From assembly GCA_964016885.1 (NCBI GenBank), contig OZ024742.1, positions 87,978,001 through 88,042,000 on the forward strand: a stretch of 64,000 bases of DNA, written 5' to 3'. The translations under genes and the position numbers were made by a program. Below, one piece after another: positions 1-11,896 of this stretch. This DNA is from Eledone cirrhosa (taxonomy: Eukaryota). Position 1 is the first letter of the stretch. Every line of letters starts with the position of its first letter. The notes beneath the pieces were generated by a model. The model saw only the letters and a list, made by a program, of their open reading frames with translations. It had not been told where the DNA came from and searched no databases.

Positions 1-59
1 TTTGTCTACACCTCCATGTGCATAAGAAATAGGTTTAGGTAAGGTCAGCGGGAAGACAA

Positions 60-1070
60 TTAGGTCGAAAGGAAGTTATCCCTCAAAGGTTGACAGTAGG
101 TGGCGGAGGCGTATATCACTTCCATCATCTAATACCGCCTAAATTGCCTCGGTTCGCACCTCACCAAATTGGAGCACCTGCTCTTCATCTTGGAAGGTAC
201 AGTTTCCAATAGTGAGGCTGTTCATCTGGTGCCAACAATTTCTCTGCAGACAACTGGGCAAGATGTGGATGATGGGGCACATACATGCACTGAGGCTACG
301 TTATCTCTAGATATTCCTAAGCGCTGGACAGGTATGATCACTCTTTGTGAACCAAATCTTTTTGTAGCCTTTCTCCTTGATCGAGCTGAGGTCATGGGCA
401 AGTCACGACCGGGTCTTGGTGCTTGGCAACTGTAATGTTGTCAGGCCTCAAAGACATGTACCCGTCGTGCATGTTGTTAGTGGAAATTCCACTCCAGCTT
501 TCTATAGCAAACCAGTGGTAGGCAAGTGAGATGATGCTACTGGAGATCATCTAGGCGTCAACGAGAACGAAATGTTCAGTGTGTTCCGGACGATTTTTTA
601 GCCGGGAACTATGAAACCATTCTGCACGCACCAGTCCAGAGACCAGGCATTGTAGACTTGTAGAGATTTTTTGAACAGCTATTATCGTCTTGCTATCAAC
701 GGACACCATCTAGAAGATTGCTTCGACCCCTTCTCTTATTTTGGCCCAGAAGAGCAGGCAGTTAACTTCTGTAAGTAGTTGTTGTAGCGAAAAAGATTGT
801 GGTAGACATGGTTGAAGTTACTATTCAGTAAATTCATCTTTTTCATGTAGTAGTTGGAAAGTAGAGCGAGAATAGAGAGGGAGCGATTCTCTCAGCACAT
901 TTTAAGGTTTGGTGAATGTAACCAGGATGACTCGAGTGAAACTTTCTCGTAAGATCATATGCATGTACGCTGGGGAATTTCAAAAGGAGACCGACTCGTT
1001 CCGATGGGGCTCTTAGAGGTTATGATGGTTTAGGATCAGTGGGCTTCCTAAGTTTTCCCGTATTCGGAAA
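60..1070 (-). mobile_element. Highly degraded LTR-retrotransposon (Ty3/Gypsy-like) integrase relic
   Basis: GC content above the flanks. The minus strand gives broken motifs resembling SHPG (Zn-binding region, ~920), AYH..G..E.FH (~480-530) and GPF-K/V (~190-200), in integrase order, with many frameshifts. Confidence 0.3.
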
Positions 1071-1274
1071 TGTTTTTGTTATTAATTAATTGTTGTCACA
1101 TACGATATTTTCTTTACATTCCTAGTAAATCCTCACTGTCCATGTGTTTCTATTATCCTTAATGTTTCGACACAAATGAATAATAAAGAAATAATCAAAA
1201 TTGTTATTATTATCATTATTATTAACATCATCCATCACTCACATAGTTCAGTCAGTAACGCATCAGACCTTTAA

Positions 1275-1495
1275 TGGTGGTGGATTGGCAGTATCAGTAA
1301 ATCGTCGAACATTATGCTTTGAAGCATAGAATTACGACCCTTTACGCCCTGATTACAAATCCCGCAGAAATTAGCTTGGCGTTTCATCCTTACGTGGTTG
1401 ATAAATTAAAGAACCACTAATGCATTGAATTGATTTACTCTAATCTTCCCGTCCCCCAATATTGTGGGCATTGTGCCTAATTCAGAAATCATAAC
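1275..1495 (+). mobile_element. tRNA-derived SINE (copy 1 of a tandem pair)
   Basis: ggtggattggcagtatc head, B-box-like region, core ttcatccttacgtggttgataaattaaagaacca, end ttgtgcctaattcagaaa. Matches the copies at 7593 and 43328. Confidence 0.8.
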
Positions 1496-1556
1496 TAATA
1501 ATATTAACATCATCCGTCGCCCACATAACTTTATCGGTAGAGCATCCTACGTTTAA

Positions 1557-1778
1557 GGGCAGTGGATTGGCAGCATCGGTAGAACGTCGGACAATATATA
1601 TTGTGACATAGAGATACAGCCCCTTACGCTCTGAGTTCAGATCTCACAGAAGTTAGCTTTGCCTTTCAACCTTATGGGGTCGATAAAATAAAGTACCAGT
1701 AATGCAATGGTTCAATTTAATCGACTTACCCCTCCCCCAAAACTGTTGGCTTTGTGCCTTAATCAGGAAGCATTATTA
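1557..1778 (+). mobile_element. tRNA-derived SINE (copy 2 of a tandem pair)
   Basis: gggcagtggattggcagcatcggtagaacgtcggac...gagttcagatc...ttgcctttcaaccttatggggtcgataaaataaagtaccagt. Confidence 0.85.
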
Positions 1779-4299
1779 ACAGCATCATTTGTGTCTTCTA
1801 CTTCTCTCCTAGATCTAGATTTATAAAGAGGTTTTATATTGCTCCCGATTTTATATATTATTTAACAAAATTCTATTTTTTAGAATTGCATTCATAACTG
1901 AAGTAATTTATTCGCATCTGTTGGAATAGCCTCAGAAAACATTGGATTTTTTTATCAGTAAACTATCGTTAGAGTGAAGTCATCTGTATTTTCATTGTGG
2001 CATATAATTGAATAACACTGACATTGCAATGAACGTATAAGCTGAAATAAGATGGGGGCAACATTCCTAGCAGATTTTACCGGAATGAATAGAAGTGTTA
2101 TGCTGATCTCTAACATTTAATGATTGAAATCCTGATATGAATTAATTCTTGGCGAGAAGGACAGTGAAAAATACGGACATATACTTATCGTCATATAATA
2201 ACGGGGGACGAAAAGACAGTGAAAGACACGCACATATACTATCGTCATATAATAATGGGATAGCATAGGACAATTTACAGTAATGTAGATCAGATCAGAG
2301 TTTGTCTATTCTACAAATTACACGAATCAGTATGCTTGCAACCGATAATGAAAAATGATGAAGTGGGGTAATGTAGCCGGGAGAAGATAATTTGTTGAAG
2401 AAAATAGAACAGAATAATTAGATAGAAAAAGAAAATTGTGCTATTTATTTCGATATTCCGAGACGAAAGAGTATCATCAATTGAATAGCGCGGAAGTCTG
2501 TTGCATAATAAGATAGAGCAATGTGTGAGATGCGTTAGGTGTACAAACTAGGTTGTGGGATAAATGCATAGAAAGTAACAGACAAAGGTTTTTTTAATAT
2601 ATAGAAATGGAAGGGGAAACGAAAGAAGGTTTGCAGGTGGTGGATAGCTTATTTCAGGATAGCCCCAACTGGCTAGAACAATGATAAATATAAATAAAAT
2701 TAAGTGCACACACGACAGTCTCCAGAAAGGCACGGACATGCATATCCATTCTCTTCAGCCAATTACTGGAATGCACGGTGATTTCTATGCTTTAAAGTTG
2801 GTATAATTTCCTCCAACGCACTTGAGACTGCAATACAACAAAATGTTTTTGCAACAAATGAAAGGGAAACAATTATTACAAACCAAAGTGCCTCGAACGA
2901 AAAACGGAAACCGACATACAAATGTTTGTGGAATACAGAGATAGAAAGAAAGAGATAAATAGTGATGGGGAGGGACTAGCACGAAAAGTACAGGATATTA
3001 AAATTGCATATTTTTATAACAATAAAGTTAGAAGAGTTATGTCTTTCGGAAGTGGTAGAACGATTGAGAAATTGCCTGACAATACTTAAATTTCTCTCTT
3101 TAAATGAAATAACACAAATATTGTAGTCTTAACTTTTTTGCGCCCCAGGATGCGTAGATTGTGTAGTAGCGTCTACTACATATTTGTCTAGTAACTAGAC
3201 AAATACTGCGGTTTATTTACTCCTAATTTCCCTTAATTATCAATAAAACCCCTTTATTGTCACATTACTATATATATGTTAAACTGCAGGCTGTATCTCC
3301 AAATTCGTATACTGAGTACTTTTCCATATATAAAATCAAAAATTCAAATATTTATATTAAAATATACAAAGAAATACATTATTAAATATTCTCAAAACAT
3401 ACAAAATACTGACACTAACTTGTTCCCAGCACAAATATTCAGGAAATTTACAGTGCGGTAAATGGAATAGTAATTGCCTGCAACAAACAAAGCTCGAAGC
3501 TAAACTGCTGAAATAATATTTTGAAAAAGAAATCCATAATTTTTATTTATATAAAATTTTAAATGTTTAAAATTAATGTCATGTTTTATTTGTTTTGTTT
3601 CTTGTGCTGAAATACTTAACTCATAACTGGAGGCAATTAATTTGTTCTTCCATGTAAAAATATTTGTTGAGTTCGGTTATATTGCGGCAGTTTAAGAAAT
3701 ATGCGTGATTATTTGAACAAGGGTGCTGATTAATATAACGTCTTTATTTGTTTACAATAGAGCCAAAAGAGTTGCCCAGTCAAGAAATAGTAGAACATTT
3801 CTAAGTTGTTAACAGTTTCCAATCCCCATTGCTATTTAGAATGTTTGCATGTTTGCTAAGAGATATTATTGTAAATCTCATGAAACGATATTTTTGGAGA
3901 TATGTTTCTCATTAACAAAACGGTACTGAGGCTGAAATTTGTGAATTATGTCGACAAGTGAAATCTATATAATAGTAGTTGCTTGCATAGTTACAATGAC
4001 TGAAATAAAATGGGAGGGGAAAATGTCGATATCAAATACTACTGAGATGATTTAACTACCCCGCAAGGATAAATTGTAAATTTGATAATGGTGGTTTTAG
4101 ACCCCGCAATATATACCCACCGCATAGTAAACAGGTCTCTAGAGTTTGTCATTTTTATAATATAAAATAAACATTGAAATGGAAGAGCTAAAGTAAACAA
4201 GATACACCTGAAGAAACATAAAAACCCAAAACAACCAACGAAAGTAAAATGTGTTTAAAAAGCCGAAATATAAACCTTGAAGATTGGGACGAGATATCA

Positions 4300-7200
4300 A
4301 AAATGTAATAAAGTAACAAAACAAGACGCAACAGGACCCAGATCTAAAATGCATATATATTACTACCTAACAAAAACAGTTGAGTTCAACACACCAACAA
4401 TACGAGTGATATGAAATATTAGAAGAACGCTGTGGGTTCAATAAATCTAGAAGATAACATTAAGGGCTTCAACAGGATGCATGGAGATAATCCAAGCAAA
4501 GCAGACACTATATATCTCCTTATGGACGGATGAATTAACTCCATTTAAAAAAGGTCAATTGTTAAATCGGATTAATTATAAAAACGCTAGGCTGGCCAAA
4601 TTAAACATAATTTAGAAAAACAAAATATTAGTATCACGAGGCTAAATATCATAGTATATGCAGGAGCCACAATTGTTAAAAAATCAAGTGTTTACCCTAT
4701 TTGATCTATAAAAATCACGTCACATCACACACAAACAATGAAATCAAAAATACAAAGACATTTCTATGGTAAATAAAATGCCTCTCAATATTAAATGAAA
4801 TAAAAACGTAAATACAATTAGAAACATAATTGAAAATAGTTATATTAAAATGAAATATAACATAACACAAACATAAATGTATTAAACTAATGAATGATGT
4901 ATAAATCAAATACTTGCAACGCCACTAACAATCATCGTGGGATATAACTAATGCCAACAGCTTCTTAACACAAGCAGCCATTTTACACAAGCCCAAGATG
5001 AATCTAGCTGGACGTAATCATTCAAAGTAGGGGTAAATATAGCCACAGCATTAAAATAAGTGCAATAGTATTAAGGAGTATTGAGGTGAATGTACGCAGA
5101 AATATTGCCATGCATAGGAATAATTAGATGGAGAAAAACGAATCCCGAATAATTGTTGGATTAATTGTCTAACACCGTGAAAATAGCAAGCATCTCGAAG
5201 CCATGGGGAGATGACAAAGTTCAAATCTTCTGGCTGAAATATGTAAGAAAAACACAAGGTGAACAGGCAAAAATGAGAGATATAATGTTGCTGGAACCAG
5301 AAATTACCCTCGATTGCATACTAAAGGGAAAACCACACTGATCACTAAAAACAGTGGCACAGAAAACACTAGATCCTACAGGCCCACTATATACATTCCT
5401 AAAACCTGAAAGACCCTAACTGAAATAATGTCACAGAAACTGACAAACATTTAGAAGCATCACCATACTTCCGAAAGAGCTGAAAGAATGTTATACAGTC
5501 TTGTATGTTTACAACGACAAAACATTTAATCGTCAAAGTAATAGCAGAGGACTCAAGAAAAAGAAAGATATATCAGCATTACATAGATTGATTATACTTC
5601 TACGTGGATACTAAACGTATTAGCCATAATCAAACTAGCACCACAATAAAAAGAAATCATCACACTTGCCACGAGTAAATGGTAACTCCCTCTACTGCAG
5701 TTACATATGTAAGAGGGCTGTATAAAACTAAGGGTATCGCAATTAACATAAGGATATTACCAGAGGCTCCGCTTCTTCACCCTTCTTCTGCCTAGCATTG
5801 ACACAATTTCTGAGGTACTAAATTGGATATGAATTTACTAATAAAAGTATTAATCAGCTTCCCTATACGGACTTTCTAACGCTGTACACTACAGATGAGA
5901 GACAAATTAAAACATTACTGCAGACAGTACATAAATTCGCAAAAGGAATCGTTATAACATTTTGATTAGAAATATTAGACGTTGTAACTACGAAGAGGTA
6001 AAATCAAGTGTAAAACAATGATATCAAACGTAAAAATGTAAAGATTAAAGATGAAAAAGAGTAACTTATAAGAAATAGATAAACACAGATTTACAGATAC
6101 TGAGGAACCAATGAACTTGAGATAATTCGCAGACGAAAGTAAAGCTTAGAAAGGGATATAATATATGAATTAGATAATTTCTTAGAACTGATATACATGC
6201 AAAGGATACGGTAATACGTACGTTAGCGAAGCCAGCGGTAAGCTAAAACTTTGACATTCTCAACTGGGCCTTAAAAGACTTAGTCATACTAGAGAGAAAC
6301 ACGAGCATAATAATGACTCTATGTCGAATATACTATCAAATATCAGATGTAGAACGATTGTACCCACATAGAACACAGGGAGGGGAATGCATTATGCAAC
6401 TCCATAATAATTTTAAAATATCCATTCCAGGACAATAAAAATATTTAAAGTAAAATAATTGTTTCTACTTTTGGCACAAAGCCAGCAATTATCCCAGTGC
6501 ATTACTCGTGCTTTATTTTATAGACCCCGCAAGGATAGAAGGCAAAGTTAACCTCGGCGGGATTTGAAGTCAGGCCGTAATTGGCCGTAACACAATGCTG
6601 CAAAGCATGGCCTCCGATCCTCCACCGACACTGCCAATCCACCACCCTTAATGTAAAACAATGGAAGGTTAATACAGGTACCTCGGAAATAGTGAGAAAG
6701 AAAGAAACTAGTAAACACATTTCTGAACATATATTGAAGTGATACATAATTGTGAGAAAAATTAGAAAAACTAAAGATACAGTAACATAAATTGTCTAAA
6801 ACATAACATCCGAATTCAAAGCTGATCTCTATAATGCTATGCTCAACTGATATCAAAAATATATCTCTACATGGTCAATACCGGAAACAAACAAAAGGAT
6901 AGGAAGTTGATATGCACATTTCACAAAACTGTTCAAGAGCCACTGCACTAAAATCCGAAACTGAAGTATATCTTTATGCAACACAATATCAAAACCTTCC
7001 CATAAGAAGCCACCACATATATATAACGAAGATCACAGTAAATAACTTCAGAATATGTGAGGGAGAAGAAAGTGTCAACCATTTTATGCCTGACCGCTAG
7101 TCTTGGTCCATAACAGTAGATATCCACAGGTCTGGCGAAGTTGTGGTGCTCATATATAGGATGTTATATCACCACTACGATATTAAAAAAAAACAGAAAT

Positions 7201-7550
7201 AAGATAATACAACCATACAACAGTAACGTTGTCAGCGAATGATAAAACAACCACATTCTGATATATGCCAATACATATTGTCATGGAATGCAAATGCAAC
7301 CGACTAGATATCATAATCAAGGGCAACAAAGGCAAATATATCATCAAATTGTTCTATCTATCCTCACAGTGGACGCTATATCTATCATGGGAATGGAGAA
7401 ATTATCTATATAAACATATCTTGTAAAGGAAATAAACTGATTGTGTATGATGAAACGATTCCTATAATAGATGCAATACAAGAAAAATAGCCCTGCCAAA
7501 AGCAGCACTGCACATAAGCAAGGCCAACGAAGGTCTGCTCGCTAATGCAA
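4300..7550 (+). mobile_element. Degraded R4/Dong-type non-LTR retrotransposon (RT plus REL endonuclease)
   Basis: Broken motifs in the correct order: GI.I..GI.QG..SP.F.LAL (~5730-5800), IN.L.Y.D.L.LY (~5850), SDVERLY..R..GG (~6345), LKSETE...A.Q.Q (~6950), NR.DIII (~7298). They are homologous to the intact ORF at 41861-43231. Interrupted by a SINE. Confidence 0.75.
6453..6648 (-). mobile_element. tRNA-derived SINE inserted in the R4 relic
   Basis: Reverse complement of the SINE family (ggtggtggattggcagtgtcggtggagg...aaatcccgccgaggttaactttgcc...gtgccaaaagtagaaacaatt). Confidence 0.85.
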
Positions 7551-7592
7551 TAAAACTAATGCTAATTGTTATCATTATTATTTTGTCCTCTA

Positions 7593-7787
7593 GGGGCGGT
7601 GGATTGGCAGGATCGGTAGAGGGTCGGACGCCATGCTTTCCAGCATAGTTACGTCCCTTTACGATCTGGGTTCAAATCCCGCCGAGGTTGACTTTGCCTT
7701 TCATCCTTATGGGGTCGATAAAATAAAGTACCAGTAATGCACTGGTTAATTGCTGGCCTTGTGCCTGAAGTAGAAACAATTATTATT
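7593..7787 (+). mobile_element. tRNA-derived SINE, near full length
   Basis: A-box-like tggcaggatcgg, B-box gggttcaaatccc, conserved core, tail aaacaattattatt. Confidence 0.9.
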
Positions 7788-8509
7788 TTGTCCTCTCTCA
7801 GTATTAAGCATATAATTCATGGCTTAATCAAGATTGCAGAACCACATCAAGTGACGTTCTTTCCTTTTTTTCAGTTTACATCAACAGGAAGTGTCATTTT
7901 CATATGGGGAAAACCTCTGATGCAAACAAAGGATGTCTGGAAGATAGAAAACACCAAGAGAGAATTGCGAGAATTCAATAGAGCAAGAAACATTACCATG
8001 TGCACAGTTGATTGGAAGGATCACGTAACGAAGATACCAAACTTGAGAACTCCCATTCCAGATGAGACCCATAGGTTTCGGTTAAAAAGATGCAATGCGG
8101 CTCAGCTAATATTGACAACTCAATTGAATGAATGTCCCGATAGATGCTGTTCACTATTGGATGGTAAGGAAAATAGCAATGCCTACATTAAAAGATAGTA
8201 GTAAAGGAAATATTGTTGGGAACTATATTACTATAGTGTGCAGTGAACATAACATGGAAGGTACGACTTTAATTAAAGAAATGCATTCTCGAAGACGGAT
8301 ATATCTCTGTCACCACAAGACCACGCATACCCCCTCCAACACACCTACCAGGCCATAAGGCTGGCACCATTTGGAGTCCATCTGTTATCCATATAACACT
8401 ATATGTTCAGGCTGTCGCTGAATCGAATTTCTATATTCTATCTACTATTTTGTCTCTGTCTGTTATCTTACATTCTATATTTGGTTTTAAAGTAATGTAC
8501 TTATATGAT

Positions 8510-8592
8510 TCTCCTGATGACACCTGATAGGATCGCCTTGTCTTGTATCGTAATTGGATGATGGGGCCAAATCATAGAAATATGTATAGAGA
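8510..8592 (+). ncRNA. Hammerhead ribozyme motif (PLE pLTR type, long stem II)
   Basis: tctc-CTGATGA-(56 nt)-GAAA-tatgta-TA-gaga. Stem I is 4 bp; aattaaa lies downstream; Cys-rich PLE-like remnants lie upstream (7900-8300). Confidence 0.55.
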
Positions 8593-8812
8593 TTTCGCGG
8601 AATTAAAATACTAAAGTAGATTTACCAGTCCGTTCTTTTAATGAATACTCCTGTTGTTGTTTTAATAAATACATGACGCCGTTCCTTCACCAACCACTGA
8701 ATACCTCAGCTAGGAAGAATGATTTGCATAACTGTGAGAGTTCTAATTAATTTGTTGCATCAACATTTACCAACCCAAACCATCAGTCGTTCCAAATGGT
8801 AAACAACCAAAC

Positions 8813-8878
<66 letters not shown>

Positions 8879-8908
8879 ATCAAAAGATGGTTAAAGGAGT
8901 TCCATGTA

Positions 8909-8975
8909 TTTTATTATGCGCATTTCAAAAACAAACATCATCATGCAATAATATTTGTGTTTTCATCAGATAAAA
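8909..8975 (-). ncRNA. Minimal hammerhead ribozyme (mirror copy)
   Basis: Reverse complement of 9098-9164. Confidence 0.8.
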
Positions 8976-9097
8976 CAGGAGAACATGATATGAAAGCTAA
9001 AAAACACTTGTGGATAGTGCAGTTTTAAATCAACATATGTTGATTTAAAACTGCACTATCCACAAGTGTTTTTTAGCCTTCATATCATGTTCTCCTG

Positions 9098-9164
9098 TTT
9101 TATCTGATGAAAACACAAATATTATTGCATGATGATGTTTGTTTTTGAAATGCGCATAATAAAA
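9098..9164 (+). ncRNA. Minimal type I hammerhead ribozyme
   Basis: ttttat-CTGATGA-stem II (acaaatattatt/gatgatgtttgt, with G-U pairs)-GAAA-tgcgca-TA-ataaaa. Stem III is palindromic (atgcgcat). Confidence 0.85.
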
Positions 9165-9289
9165 TACATGGAACTCCTTTAACCATCTTTTGATCTTATA
9201 TATTATGTATACTCCAGTCCTACAAACTGTAGAGTGCTTCTTATCCGATATGTGCATTGCTTTATTGTACTACAATAAAACTCACCTCC

Positions 9290-9327
<38 letters not shown>

Positions 9328-9330
<3 letters not shown>

Positions 9331-9445
9331 CGTTTCTGAATTTGTTTAGCAAGATTCTTTATCTGAAATCGTGTGTTGAAACCGATATTGTTATACTTTG
9401 GGAGGGTCATGTTGGCAACATGACCCTCCCAAAGTATAACAATAT
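9328..9445. mobile_element. Miniature fold-back of the Neptune-like PLE terminus
   Basis: 9328-9415 matches 54842-54928. It is followed by the inverted caacatgaccctcccaaagtataacaatat, matching 61320-61348. Set in (TA)n. Confidence 0.85.
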
Positions 9446-9456
9446 ATATATATATA

Positions 9457-10212
9457 TTAGAAAGTGATTTTTTTTTTACAAAATGAAAAATAACCGAAGT
9501 ATCCTACAGGAGTGAAAGTATAAAAAAAATAAGATGAAATCGAAAATGCAACTGGAGTTTTATTTATAAAAAAATATATATATTTATATTGTTCCTTTAC
9601 CGGTTTCGCATTTCTTCTGCTTTTCAAAAGTAGAGTTGTGATGGAGAGTCTGTGGTTTATTCTCACATATGCTTGTTCTTTGAATGTTACTTGTTTTATA
9701 TGGAAAAAAAGTGGCTCGAAAAATTTGCTTGTCATAAAATTCTCTAAAAAGGCTACAGAATAGATTTCCAAATAAGGGCGCGAAATTTAAGGAAAACTTG
9801 TTCACGTGACAGCCATGATTTCATTTATAACCAATCAAATTACGTTTATTAAAAAAAAGTCTTCGTGAGCCCCTTTTTTTAAGTAAAAAGAAATTCAAAC
9901 TCTCATATATGAAAAAACAACCTGAGCCCACCCCATTTGTTTGAAGAACATTGTAACGCGAACTGGCGCGAAATGTATTATAATTATTGACAAACCAATC
10001 AAATTACTTCTCTGGCGTTTCAAGCCACTTTTTTCCATATAAAACAAGTAACATTCAAAGACCAACCAGATGTGAGAAAAACTACAAACCCTCCATCTCA
10101 ACTCTACTTTTGAAAAGTAGAAGAACTGCGTAACAGGTAAAGGAACCAAATAAATATATATATATTTTTTTAAATAACACTCCAGTTGCATCTTGATTTC
10201 ATCTTTTTTTCT
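9457..10212. mobile_element. Non-autonomous element with long imperfect terminal inverted repeats
   Basis: About 9525-9720 is the reverse complement of about 10020-10210. TA-flanked. A partial copy lies at 51000-51135. Confidence 0.65.
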
Positions 10213-10382
10213 ATATATATATATATATATAAAAGAAATAGGATTTCGCTTCAAGCATAACTTTATACAATATGTGTAAATATTTCGTATCTCCAAAGAA
10301 ATACAGTTTTAGGAAGCCGTAGCTATACAAACACCGGGGGGCTAACGCCCTCTTGTGATGTCCAGCAGAAGCAAGAGGGACA

Positions 10383-10426
10383 ACTGTCTATGCATTTCAG
10401 GCTTAACTGGCCTTAATCAGGACGGT
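10383..10426 (-). ncRNA. Hammerhead-like motif with variant core CUGAUUA
   Basis: accgtc-CTGATTA-aggc cagttaa gcct-GAAA-tgca-TA-gacagt on the minus strand. Confidence 0.65.
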
Positions 10427-10530
10427 CCCTCCCACCGCTTGCGACTGCTGGACTAGAATATATAAAGTATATATATAAAGTATATGTTCTCAGCTGTCTT
10501 CTAGTCCAGCAATCGAAAGCGGTGGGATGG

Positions 10531-10574
10531 ACCGTCCTGACTAAAGCCAGTTAAGCCTGAAATGCATAGACGGT
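10531..10574 (+). ncRNA. Hammerhead-like motif with variant core CUGACUA
   Basis: accgtc-CTGACTA-aagc cagttaa gcct-GAAA-tgca-TA-gacggt, with a perfect 6-bp stem I. Confidence 0.65.
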
Positions 10575-10699
10575 TGTCCCCCTTGCTTCTGCTGGACATC
10601 ACCAGAGGGTGTTAGCCCCCCCCCCCCCCCTCCCCCCGGTGTTTGCATAGCTACGGCTTCCTAAAACTGTATTTCTTTGGAGATACGAAATATTTATAC

Positions 10700-10734
<35 letters not shown>

Positions 10735-10739
<5 letters not shown>

Positions 10740-11896
10740 AACTTTAATTATATCACATAAAATAATACAACTGGCTTTCCACAAAATACATATAGTTAGC
10801 ACCCTAAACACTTAAATTGGGTTATACTAACATATAACCTAATGTTTGTTGAGTGAGATGGTTACCAGTCGGATTTAGCGTCAAGCCATCTCTGTTATTG
10901 TATTAAATATATTACTCTTGATTTGGCCAGAGGTATTTATTTCCAGGTACCTTATAAGGGTGACTTTCCGTATTTGTTACTGTTGTGTGATATGGAGGTT
11001 TTTTGGTTGTCACTTCTCTGTTTTTAGCCTAAGAAAATATATGTATTCGTGTGTAAATAATTACATGCATACATTTATTTATTTTTTAAATTAATTGAAT
11101 TCTTAACACGTGGAATTGATAATAGTTTTAAATAACTAATTAACCCGCGTGTATTAAATAAATTACTCTTAATTTGGCCAGATAATTACATTCCCAATTG
11201 CCTTTAAAGCGTAACCTTCCGTATTTGCTGCGGTGATGGAATGCGGTTTCTTATTTTGGTATCACTTCTGTTTTAGCCTAAGGAAATATCTATATGCATG
11301 TGTAATTAATACACGCATACATTTATTTTTTAATTTCAATTGAGTTCTTAACACGTTGGGTTGATCATGTTTTTGAAAAAACTAATTAACCCGAGTGTAT
11401 ATTATTTTTTCTATTCTCGTGTTTGTGATTGTCTCCCCTTCCCGCTTCGTGACACTATGAAACTTCCTCAGTCAAAAAACTGCTGGAATTTCAAATTTGG
11501 CGGTCATTCGATGCGTGAGGGAGCAGCTTAGCAAACACGATTTTTAACTGCGGTAAGAAATGTTTTCTTTATCAAAGTTTAATGGGCTTCCACTGAAGAT
11601 TTATAAGCGCCCACCTAAATATATTCTTACATGAATATATGTTAGGCTTCTACATAAACTGGAAACATTCTCCCAATTTGTAGAAAACTTATAATGAAAC
11701 AATTGTTTGGAAAGAGAGATACATTTTAACTTTAATTATATCTCATAAAATAATACAACTGGCTTTCCACAAAATACATATAGTTAGCACCCCAAACACT
11801 TAAATTGGGTTATACTAACATATAACCTAATGTTTGTTGAGTGAGATGGTTACCAGTCGGAGTTTAGCGTCAAGCTATCTCCGTTATTGTATTAAA

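Larger units (their letters stand above)
8877..9293. mobile_element. Spacerless fold-back of two PLE pseudo-LTR ends in (TA)n
   Basis: Arms of about 160 bp centred at caacat|atgttg (9036/9037), one mismatch seen. The right arm has about 95 extra nt. (TA)n flanks both sides. Confidence 0.85.
10232..10705. mobile_element. Fold-back of two hammerhead-bearing pLTR ends in (TA)n
   Basis: Arms 10270-10458 and 10499-10703 are inverted. Each carries a hammerhead-like motif (10383-10426 minus, 10531-10574 plus). Confidence 0.8.
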
